Positions 1 through 7,814 of a stretch of 64,000 nucleotides of DNA are shown in pieces. The notes below the pieces were generated by a model. It saw nothing but the letters and a program-made list of their open reading frames with translations, did no database searches and was not told where the DNA came from. This DNA comes from an uncultured Bdellovibrio sp. GTDB taxonomy: Bacteria; Bdellovibrionota; Bdellovibrionia; Bdellovibrionales; Bdellovibrionaceae. How positions within the stretch are numbered: position 1 is the stretch's first letter; each line of letters starts with the position of its first letter. The stretch spans positions 3,787 to 67,786 of the forward strand of contig CBIHNW010000025.1 in assembly GCA_966211795.1 (NCBI GenBank). Direction: 5' to 3'. The position numbers and the translations under genes were made by a program.

Positions 1-14
1 ATCTTTCAGCGCAC

Positions 15-410
15 GTGGCTTCGGACGGCAGCAAAGAAGTGGCGCGGTCGAAAGCGCTCTTCCTCTATTTTGCCGATGCCGATCACGTGATTCCCGAGGG
101 AACTCCCTACACGAAAAATGTGTTTTACGGCATTGATAAAAACAAGGATGGAAAATTGGATGCCAGCGAAGTCAACATGAACGGAGCCTTCGTCGATGTG
201 GATAACTTTTTAAGCGTTGCCATTCATCCCTGCTCAAAAGAAAGATGTGCGCCTTTGAATCCCCTTGATGAAAAATGTCGGAACTTGTCGACGGCTGATC
301 AACAGATCCTTCGTCAAAGAGAGCTTCTTTTGAATCAATGGCGATTGGAAACTTCGTTTGAAGAAGAGCAGCGAATGCTTCCGCCGTCTGAAGTGACTGG
401 CTCTCACTAA
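15..410 (+). CDS. hypothetical protein with a canonical EF-hand Ca2+-binding loop (possibly 5'-truncated by the window edge)
   Basis: The frame stays open to the left edge, with no in-frame stop between nt 3 and 15. DKNKDGKLDASE fits the 12-residue EF-hand loop D-x-[DN]-x-[DN]-G-x-[ILV]-x-x-x-E. Confidence 0.5.
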   Translation: MASDGSKEVARSKALFLYFADADHVIPEGTPYTKNVFYGIDKNKDGKLDASEVNMNGAFVDVDNFLSVAIHPCSKERCAPLNPLDEKCRNLSTADQQILRQRELLLNQWRLETSFEEEQRMLPPSEVTGSH

Positions 411-488
411 TGGATTTGACTTTGGTTCGTGGGCAAATGCGCCAGAGATGCCGGTTGACCTGGACTGCATCCTTGCTAGGATTGCGGC

Positions 489-794
489 ATGAAAACTTTT
501 ATTCTCCCTCTGTTTTTCATTCTTCTGTCCTCAATCTCTGCCCACTCGATGCCAGATAAGACCGGGTGCAAGGTGGACGCGGATTGCGTGCCGGCCGCAT
601 GCTGTCACAACTCGGCAGCCGTCAATAAAGAATATGCACCGGATTGCCAGGACATGAGCTGCACGGGCGAATGCAAAAAACCTTATGACTGTGGTTGCAG
701 CGAAATTCTTTGCATCGAAAAAAAGTGCACGCTTCAAATCAAAGAATCGATGAAGGAAAATCCGCTCTGCGGCGGCACCCAGTCCTTCTATTGA
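489..794 (+). CDS. small secreted cysteine-rich protein
   Basis: N-terminal signal peptide MKTFILPLFFILLSSISAHS. The roughly 80-aa mature part has 12 Cys, including C-x5-C-x4-CC spacing. No family recognised. Confidence 0.6.
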   Translation: MKTFILPLFFILLSSISAHSMPDKTGCKVDADCVPAACCHNSAAVNKEYAPDCQDMSCTGECKKPYDCGCSEILCIEKKCTLQIKESMKENPLCGGTQSFY

Positions 795-840
795 AAAAAA
801 AAATCCAAAGGCCGGCGCGATTCGCAAGTGCTTTTCCTTT

Positions 841-1629
841 TTATTCCCAGGCAGGTTTTACTTTTGCCAGAAAAGCTTTCATGCCGATTTGACTTTCACT
901 GTCGGCAAAAGCTTTGCGATATGATTTATTCTCGAGCTCAAAAGCTGTTTCTGCCGATGCGCCGAAACTCTCTCGTAATACTTGTTTGCAAAGAGACACG
1001 GCATGCGGAGATTTTTCTTTGATCTCATTCAGGGTTTGCAAAGCGGCCCGGTTCATCTGGTCGCGATTTTCGAAGACTTCATTCACGAGATTCCATTCCT
1101 TTGCATTCGCTGCAGACACCCGTCGCCCGGTCATCATCAGTTCTTTGGCTTTGGCGAGCCCCAAGGCCCGCACAAATCGAATGCAGCCACCAAAGCCCGG
1201 GATCAAACCCAGGGCCACTTCGGGTTGTCCAAAGCTTGCGGACCGGGTTGCGTAAATAAAATCGCAGCTGAGAGCAAGCTCGCAGCCTCCGCCCAGGGCG
1301 ACGCCATGAACGCAAGCGATGACCGGAATTGGCAAAGACTCGAGAAGATCTCCGACCGCTTGACCCAAAAGTCCAAACTGGGCGCCTTCCTCCGGCGTCA
1401 TCTGAGACATCTCTTGAATATCGGCACCGGCTATAAAGGCGCGATCCCCCTCTCCGGTCAGCAAAACTCCCCGCAAGCGCCCGAATTCCTTTGCGTGAAT
1501 CTGCTGAAGAATTTCACGGAAATCTCGAAGCATCGAGCTGGAAAGGGCATTGGATTTTTCCGGTCGCGCAATGGTGACAGTTAAAATCTGGTCGGCCATT
1601 TCGCATTTGATAAATTCATATTTTTTCAT
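841..1629 (-). CDS. enoyl-CoA hydratase/isomerase (crotonase) family protein
   Basis: LTVTIARPEKSNAL, GEGDRAFIAGADIQEM and ALGGGCELALSCDF are typical crotonase-fold signatures. Start moved to the MKKYEF ATG at 1629, which has an AAGGGAAG RBS. The ORF track extends to 1674. Confidence 0.85.
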   Translation of the reverse strand: MKKYEFIKCEMADQILTVTIARPEKSNALSSSMLRDFREILQQIHAKEFGRLRGVLLTGEGDRAFIAGADIQEMSQMTPEEGAQFGLLGQAVGDLLESLPIPVIACVHGVALGGGCELALSCDFIYATRSASFGQPEVALGLIPGFGGCIRFVRALGLAKAKELMMTGRRVSAANAKEWNLVNEVFENRDQMNRAALQTLNEIKEKSPHAVSLCKQVLRESFGASAETAFELENKSYRKAFADSESQIGMKAFLAKVKPAWE

Positions 1630-1686
1630 ACTTCCCTTTGCGGACAGAATCATTTTGAACGGAGATCGATTCATTAAGATAAGACA

Positions 1687-3015
1687 CTAGGAATCCCAGA
1701 TCGCTCCGAAGGCCGGGATGCCACGGCTTTCCAACTCATGCACCACGTGCCAAGTGACTTTCTTATTCGAGATGCAGATCACGGCTTCGGCATCAAAATC
1801 TTGATAAGCCTTTAGCGCGAGCTTCACCAGATCCGGTTTCCCTTGCGCGTCTGTGTCCCAGATGACGGCTTCGGGTTGCGACTGATAAATTTCCTGAACC
1901 AATTCGTGTCCATAAGTTTTTTCCGGATTTCGAGTGGACCAGATCAACCGGGCCGGCACCTCTTTTGAAAAGAGATGCGGCAGACAAGGCCCAATGCCAC
2001 TGCCGGTTGCAATCCAGACCACCCGTTTAAAAAGTTTTTCAACATGACCGACACCGGCCACAGGAATCCCCTTCACCCACAGATCACGCGGCTTCTGATC
2101 GATCAATCGACCGGTCCAGTCCCCGGCCCGAGAGATCGTCAATCGAAATCCTTCTTGGGTTGGATGCGGAACATTGGCAAACGAATGCCACTCGAGCCAT
2201 GGGCTACGGCTCAGATCGGTGGATGAGCCGGCGAAAGGTTTGACTCCATACGAGAACGCCGCCAAGGCCACATGCGAGGACGGCGTCACGCAATCGACCC
2301 GCACCCGCCGAAGCCTGAGCCAAGGCAGGGCGACGCTGACGGTGGCGAGCATCAAAACCAGAGTCGTGAGCAGCTGGGCGCCAGACACTTGCGGCGAATT
2401 CAAGTGAAGATAAATCGTTTGCACCCAAAAGAGATAAAGCGACGTCCACAGTCCAAAGCGTCCGACGATTTCAAACTGATTGTGGAACCTGCTGCGAATC
2501 CTAGGAAGCGCCATCGTTATCATGATCAGAAGAACCGACAAGTGCACCACCAACAATCGAAACAGCGAGAGATCTCGAATCAGCAACGCCTGCAATCCCA
2601 TCCAACAAAACCCACTGAAGAAAGCGCCGACGTGAATTCCGCCAAAATGATAAACTTTGCCGGCCGCCCAGCGCAGACTGAGAGGCCAGCTCGGTGGCAT
2701 GCTGGTGGCGATGCGGAACAAGAGATTGATCGTCTCTTGTTGTCGAATGAAGATGGCGGTCGCAAAATTCGCCAAGACCAGATTTCGCGCGACATTCGCG
2801 CCTTCAGTCGGCGATAAGAAAAGAAAATCTTTGAAATGAAAAAACAAGGCAAGATTCAGCGAAGCCACGAGCAATGCCCAGCGATTGTAAGGCATCAACA
2901 GCGGATGCCGAAACAAGCAATACAGAAAGCCGCGCTTTTGCAAATTTCTTTTTCTCGCATGGCTTTGTTCGATGGATCTTTGAAGTGGCGGGAATGCCAG
3001 CAGTGCAGTTTTCAT
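1687..3015 (-). CDS. polytopic membrane protein with a C-terminal ferredoxin-reductase-like FAD/NAD(P)-binding module
   Basis: The N-terminal ~240 aa have about 6 hydrophobic helices with several His. The C-terminal ~200 aa carry a VWIATGSGIGP dinucleotide-binding motif of the FNR / ferric-reductase type. The start overlaps the upstream stop (ATGA at 3012-3015). Confidence 0.6.
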   Translation of the reverse strand: MKTALLAFPPLQRSIEQSHARKRNLQKRGFLYCLFRHPLLMPYNRWALLVASLNLALFFHFKDFLFLSPTEGANVARNLVLANFATAIFIRQQETINLLFRIATSMPPSWPLSLRWAAGKVYHFGGIHVGAFFSGFCWMGLQALLIRDLSLFRLLVVHLSVLLIMITMALPRIRSRFHNQFEIVGRFGLWTSLYLFWVQTIYLHLNSPQVSGAQLLTTLVLMLATVSVALPWLRLRRVRVDCVTPSSHVALAAFSYGVKPFAGSSTDLSRSPWLEWHSFANVPHPTQEGFRLTISRAGDWTGRLIDQKPRDLWVKGIPVAGVGHVEKLFKRVVWIATGSGIGPCLPHLFSKEVPARLIWSTRNPEKTYGHELVQEIYQSQPEAVIWDTDAQGKPDLVKLALKAYQDFDAEAVICISNKKVTWHVVHELESRGIPAFGAIWDS

Positions 3016-4598
3016 AAAAATCCTCCGATGCCAGCCTCAAGCATTCGGCTCTGCTGCTGTTGATGAGCGACCGCCAGGATCGTGAGGGCCCGCTTGTCGA
3101 TTTTACCCCGACTGGTGACCGGAAGCTCGTCCATCGCCAGCACCAAAGAAGGCGTGCAGTAATAAGGTAGCAAATGCGCGACTTGGTTTTTAGCGCTCTC
3201 AACATCGACGTGACCGGGTCTCACGAAGGCCACCAAGTTTCGGCTGTCGAGCTTCAAGGTCACGGCCTGCTCGATTTCAGGAATCTTCTCTAAAGCGGCC
3301 GACACCGAGTCCAGCTCCACCCGAAAGCCACGGATCTTCACCTGATCATCGGTGCGGCCAAAATGTTCAAGCTCCCCATCGGCGGTCCATCGGCCAAGGT
3401 CCCGGGTGCGAAACATTTTTCGTCCGCCACCCAAGAAGGGATCATCTTTGTATCGCTCTTCCGTCAGGACGGGATTGCCAATATACCCCAAGGACACACA
3501 GTCACCGCCCGCCCACATCTCGCCAATCTCGCCGATCGCACACGGTGTGAGATCTTCATTCAGAATGTAGACGCTATTATTGGGCGTGGGCTTACCGATA
3601 GTCAGTTTCCCTCTCTGTGGATCATACTCGTGAACCGTGTTGACGATCGTGACTTCGGTGGGCCCGCACGAATTGTGAAAGCGGCAAAACTGGGACCACT
3701 TCTCGGCTAAAGAGGCGGGGCAGGGCTCGCCGGCGACCGCGGCCACTTTGATATTTCGGCAAAGATTGGCATCCAATCCTGCTAGGATGCTTGGGGTTCC
3801 GATCACGACGTCGACTTGGCTGACGGCCTCTTGGATGCTTTTCCCCCGAATGATCAACTCGCAGCCATGCGACAAGGCCCCAAGAATTTCCCAAGCCGCC
3901 ATATCGAAGGCGATATTGAGAATCTGCGAAACCTTCTGACCGGCCCGCAAGCCTAAATCCCCAGGCGAGGTCAGTAGAATATTGCAAAGATTTTGATGCG
4001 TGACCATCACTCCATTGGGAAAGCCCGTCGTTCCAGAGGTGAACAAGACAAAGCAAAGCTGATGGGCCAAAGCCACATTTCCAGCATCGATTTGCGGATT
4101 CTCGGCTGGTGCGTCTGATTGTTTCTGCATGAATTCATCAATCGCCAGCAATGGAATGTCTTTGAATTCTGGCAATGTCGGCACAAGATCTTTCAGCGTC
4201 AGGATCATTTTGGATTTTGATGTTCGCGCAACGTGTTGAAGCTGAGGGCCCGGCGCAATCCGCGAATCTTGCGGGACATAGGCCGCGCCAGTTTTCAAAA
4301 TGCCCAAGATGCCCACAACCATGGAAATCGAGCGCTCTAGAAAAAGCGCAATGTGATCTCCCGGACGAACTCCTTGATGAATTAAATGTTTGGCCAGAAG
4401 ATTCGCCCGACGGTTCAACTCACCATAGGAAATCGTTTGGTCCAAGTGGGACACGGCCGGGGCCTGCGGATGCCGTCTCACCTGATCTTCAATCGCCCGG
4501 TGGATCAACGAATGCGGTGGCTTCACGCTTTCGGCGAAGCCAAATTTTTCAAAAAGAATTTGATCTTGATTGGATAAAGTTTGCAGTTGCGCTTTCAT
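3012..4598 (-). CDS. stand-alone NRPS-type adenylation (AMP-binding) enzyme
   Basis: Core motifs read in order: ISYGEL (A1), LKTGAAYVPQD (A2), FTSGTTGFPNG (A3), FDMAAWE (A4), NSCGPTE (A5), GEMWAGGDCVSLGY (A6), FRTRDLG (A7), GRTDDQVKIRGFRVEL (A8), LPYYCTPS (A9), SRGKIDKRAL (A10). The protein ends after A10 with no carrier domain. Confidence 0.85.
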   Translation of the reverse strand: MKAQLQTLSNQDQILFEKFGFAESVKPPHSLIHRAIEDQVRRHPQAPAVSHLDQTISYGELNRRANLLAKHLIHQGVRPGDHIALFLERSISMVVGILGILKTGAAYVPQDSRIAPGPQLQHVARTSKSKMILTLKDLVPTLPEFKDIPLLAIDEFMQKQSDAPAENPQIDAGNVALAHQLCFVLFTSGTTGFPNGVMVTHQNLCNILLTSPGDLGLRAGQKVSQILNIAFDMAAWEILGALSHGCELIIRGKSIQEAVSQVDVVIGTPSILAGLDANLCRNIKVAAVAGEPCPASLAEKWSQFCRFHNSCGPTEVTIVNTVHEYDPQRGKLTIGKPTPNNSVYILNEDLTPCAIGEIGEMWAGGDCVSLGYIGNPVLTEERYKDDPFLGGGRKMFRTRDLGRWTADGELEHFGRTDDQVKIRGFRVELDSVSAALEKIPEIEQAVTLKLDSRNLVAFVRPGHVDVESAKNQVAHLLPYYCTPSLVLAMDELPVTSRGKIDKRALTILAVAHQQQQSRMLEAGIGGFL

Positions 4599-4741
4599 TT
4601 TGTCTCCCGTTCATGCCAGCGACCCATCGGCGGATCACTTTCTCAGTTGGACCCCGTGTAATCGAGCTTGGGGCCGAGTAAAAGATACCCGGAATGAAAC
4701 AGGTGTTTCATATTTGGGGGCACCTCGGGTATCTTGCGGAA

Positions 4742-5680
4742 ATGCTAAGCGAATTGGCGTCTTTGAAATTTTACGACCTCGAAGTTTTTGTAGAAGTTTC
4801 TCGTGCGAAATCCATTCGCGAGGCCGGCCGCCGTCTCAATAAAACTTCGGGACAGATTTCAAAATCCATTCAGGGTCTCGAGAAAAGATTGTCGCGCAAA
4901 CTGCTCAAGCGCTCGGCCCAAGGCGTGATCTTGACGGAGCAGGGAATTGAACTTTTGGCAATGACCCAAGTTCTTTTCCAAGAGGCCGATAAGATTGAGC
5001 GCTGGGTTGGCGGCAAAAACAAAAATCAAGAGACCAAGGTCTTAGCCATCGCCAGCAATAGCTTTTTGAACAATCACCTGGTGGCGCCCACCAGCTCGAA
5101 ACTGAATTTCGATGCTGAAGGGATCAGCCTTCGCTTTATCGATTTGCCACCGGACCAATTGATCCCGCAGGGACTGCGCGGACTTTTTGAAGTGGCGGTT
5201 CACTATGGCAGCTTCTCGTGGCCGTCCACCTGGGTGAGCAAAGCCCTTGGAAAATCCAGGTGGGTTCTTTGCGCCAGAAACCAGCATCCCTTACCAAAAA
5301 AGCCAAATCTTGAACAAGTCCTTCAGTACCCTTTCGTCATCCCCGCCTATTCCAGCGCCGAAGGCCTGACCCGAGGAAATGACCAATTTCCACTGCCGTA
5401 TTCAAAACGCAAAGTGGGGCACGAAGCGACAACGGCCGATACGGCCATGGCGGTGGTCATGAATTCAGATCAAATGACTTTCATCCCCGAGATCTCCGCC
5501 AAATTTTTCCTGCAGACCGAAGTTTTACGCGAAGTGAAGATTCGCGACTTTCCGGCCAGCGAGAAAATCGAGAAAGAGATTTACCTTTCGGTGAAAGCAG
5601 ATTCGGTTCAACAGTCCGTCTTCATGAAGCTGTTTGAAGAAATGCGCAAAAGGTTGCAAGAAGGCCATCGCTTTCGTTGA
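4742..5680 (+). CDS. LysR-family transcriptional regulator
   Basis: N-terminal wHTH: LKFYDLEVFVEVSRAKSIREAGRRLNKTSGQISKSIQGLEKRL. It is divergent from the adenylation operon. The ATG at 4742 puts the HTH at the usual distance from the N-terminus. The ORF-track start is 4694. Confidence 0.85.
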   Translation: MLSELASLKFYDLEVFVEVSRAKSIREAGRRLNKTSGQISKSIQGLEKRLSRKLLKRSAQGVILTEQGIELLAMTQVLFQEADKIERWVGGKNKNQETKVLAIASNSFLNNHLVAPTSSKLNFDAEGISLRFIDLPPDQLIPQGLRGLFEVAVHYGSFSWPSTWVSKALGKSRWVLCARNQHPLPKKPNLEQVLQYPFVIPAYSSAEGLTRGNDQFPLPYSKRKVGHEATTADTAMAVVMNSDQMTFIPEISAKFFLQTEVLREVKIRDFPASEKIEKEIYLSVKADSVQQSVFMKLFEEMRKRLQEGHRFR

Positions 5681-5894
5681 TCCCTGACTTCGCCGCTCGC
5701 AACTTTTTCAATTCAGGCCAGGGCGTCTCGAGATGAAACGCGACCATCAAGCTTTTGGTTTTGGGAGCATCACAGAATGATTCGTTTTCGCCAATGATTG
5801 TACAAGCTTGGGACAAAATGAAAAAAAATAACCCTAAGATTTTATCAAGAAATTACGATGAAGAGAGAACATTTGAAAGCGAAGTGAATGTGCT

Positions 5895-6809
5895 ATGACA
5901 TACAATCGACGACAATCAGGATTCACAATGATCGAAATGCTGGTGGCAATCGGCATTCTCGGAATTGTGATCTCGGGTTTTATCTCGATGATGAGCTACA
6001 TGCGCCGAGAGCTTCAAGCCGCCAATCGAAAAGTGGAGGCCATCGAACTTCGCCGGACGGCCACGACTTATATGTCGGACCTTCCGACTTGCGGTTGTCA
6101 GCTGAATCTCAATGGCGGGACTTTTGATGCGACCCTCGTCGCACCAGCGGTTCCAGAAATGAACATTTCAAAATTGCAAACTGGTTGCGCGCCAACGGCG
6201 AGCTCGGTCCTGGAAGAAAATCAAACGGTGCCCGGTTCTTCGGCGAACCTTGCGGTTGAATCCGTCAAGCTTCAATCCATTGAAGCGACCGGCAGCCCGA
6301 ATCGGTATCGCGGCCGTCTGCACATTGAATTCAAAAGTGACTCGCAGACATACTCGACCCGTGGTTTTGAATTTGAAATTCGCTTTCGCACCGATCCCGC
6401 AACTCCGGACACGGCCAAGAAAGTCGTGGCGTGTGAATTTGTCGGAAGTTCGGACGGCGCCGGTGCGGCCGGCGGTGCTGGCGGCGGCATCACCGGCAAC
6501 TGCCCGCCTGGCCAGTACATGATGGGAATCCAAAACGGCATGGTGAGATGCTCGGCGGTCGCGGTCAATGGCGCCACTTCAAATTCCAACTCTGGCTCCT
6601 GGACGCTCACGACCCCTGGCCCTGGCTGTGAGGGAACTTCCTGCATCACCGGAGACTATGGTGTTTGCGAAGGAACAAGCTGCGTGACCAACGGAAATTA
6701 CTGCAATGGCGTGGACTGCGCCGCCTGTGGACCGACCCCGGCCTGCGATGGCACCAGTTGCAATGCTTCACGAGCCACCCTGTGTCCGCAATTTGGATTT
6801 CCGATCTAA
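5895..6809 (+). CDS. prepilin-type N-terminal cleavage/methylation domain protein with a Gly-rich and Cys-rich C-terminus
   Basis: RRQSG|FTMIEMLVAIGILGIVISG is a class-III (type IV pilin / pseudopilin) signal. The C-terminus has a GAGAAGGAGGG tract and about 15 Cys, with repeated GTSC. Confidence 0.75.
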   Translation: MTYNRRQSGFTMIEMLVAIGILGIVISGFISMMSYMRRELQAANRKVEAIELRRTATTYMSDLPTCGCQLNLNGGTFDATLVAPAVPEMNISKLQTGCAPTASSVLEENQTVPGSSANLAVESVKLQSIEATGSPNRYRGRLHIEFKSDSQTYSTRGFEFEIRFRTDPATPDTAKKVVACEFVGSSDGAGAAGGAGGGITGNCPPGQYMMGIQNGMVRCSAVAVNGATSNSNSGSWTLTTPGPGCEGTSCITGDYGVCEGTSCVTNGNYCNGVDCAACGPTPACDGTSCNASRATLCPQFGFPI

Positions 6810-6817
6810 GTTTTCAA

Positions 6818-7720
6818 TCACGGCGCAAGAAACGTGGCCAAGGATACGATGTCGGTCACGCAGTGGCCACCATACAGCGGACGCCACGTGATCTTAAGTC
6901 CCCTTGCGGCAGCTCTCTCGGCGAAAGCCTCATTGCCCTCGAAATTTCCATAAGCATCATACAGTCCCGAGCTTAAATAAAATTCGGGACTGGTGTGCGG
7001 ATCCACTTTTTCGATCAGCTGCAAAGGTGAAAATGCATTCCACTCTTTTTCGTCCGCCATAAATTCTTTCGCCATTTGAATCACGCCGAAAATAATTTTG
7101 GGATCAGCACCGGTGCGTCCCAAAAACTCTTCGATCTCGCCGACCGGCGCAAACGGTGACAATTTGTAAACCACCGGGCAACTGGCCGCGACTTTCTGGA
7201 ACAGCTGTCCCGTCTTCAAACCCATCACCAGTGCATTGATTCCACCCATCGATTCGCCAAAAAGCATTCGGGTTCGGGGCTTTCCGGTTTTCGCCTCCAC
7301 TTCGGGAATGACGGTCTGGGTGAAGACGTTCAAAAGACCGCTATTCTCCATCGCACCTTTTTCATTCAACAGCCAAACGGGACCGAAGGAAACCGTCACC
7401 ACGGTTGGCGGCGTAACTTTCTGCTTCTGCCAGTACTGCTGAATCATGGCCGTGTAAAAGGTGTCGTCGTTCCAAATGTTTTCATCGAGATTACGCCCGT
7501 GAAGAAGGTAAGCGAGATCCCCGTTCGTCGAGCCAACGGCCGGTTTGTGAATGCAGTACCGCCAAGGCCGCGAGCCGGAACCGGCGAAACATTCTTTGCT
7601 GGCGGGAATGTAGGACACCTTTTGATCCCCGCGAACCGCCGTGAGCTTGGCCCAAGCGAAATAGGAAATCAGGATCAAAGCTATAACGGTGAGGAGAAAA
7701 CTTTTTTTCTTCATGGGCAC
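6818..7720 (-). CDS. secreted alpha/beta-hydrolase (putative esterase family)
   Basis: Hydrophobic N-terminal leader. The nucleophile elbow GESMGG (G-x-S-x-G) sits in a typical esterase context. Confidence 0.7.
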   Translation of the reverse strand: MPMKKKSFLLTVIALILISYFAWAKLTAVRGDQKVSYIPASKECFAGSGSRPWRYCIHKPAVGSTNGDLAYLLHGRNLDENIWNDDTFYTAMIQQYWQKQKVTPPTVVTVSFGPVWLLNEKGAMENSGLLNVFTQTVIPEVEAKTGKPRTRMLFGESMGGINALVMGLKTGQLFQKVAASCPVVYKLSPFAPVGEIEEFLGRTGADPKIIFGVIQMAKEFMADEKEWNAFSPLQLIEKVDPHTSPEFYLSSGLYDAYGNFEGNEAFAERAAARGLKITWRPLYGGHCVTDIVSLATFLAP

Positions 7721-7814
7721 TTTTCCTTGTTTGAGAATTCACATTCGAGCACCGGATTTGCGAATTGGCAAGTGCGCGGCAAACTGAGACGGTTCAGCGA
7801 AATCGGGTCTCGTT

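Noticed and set aside
5681-5894. Possible c-di-GMP or other riboswitch upstream of the pilin-like gene
   Set aside because: No GEMM-type conserved segments or convincing stem architecture are visible.
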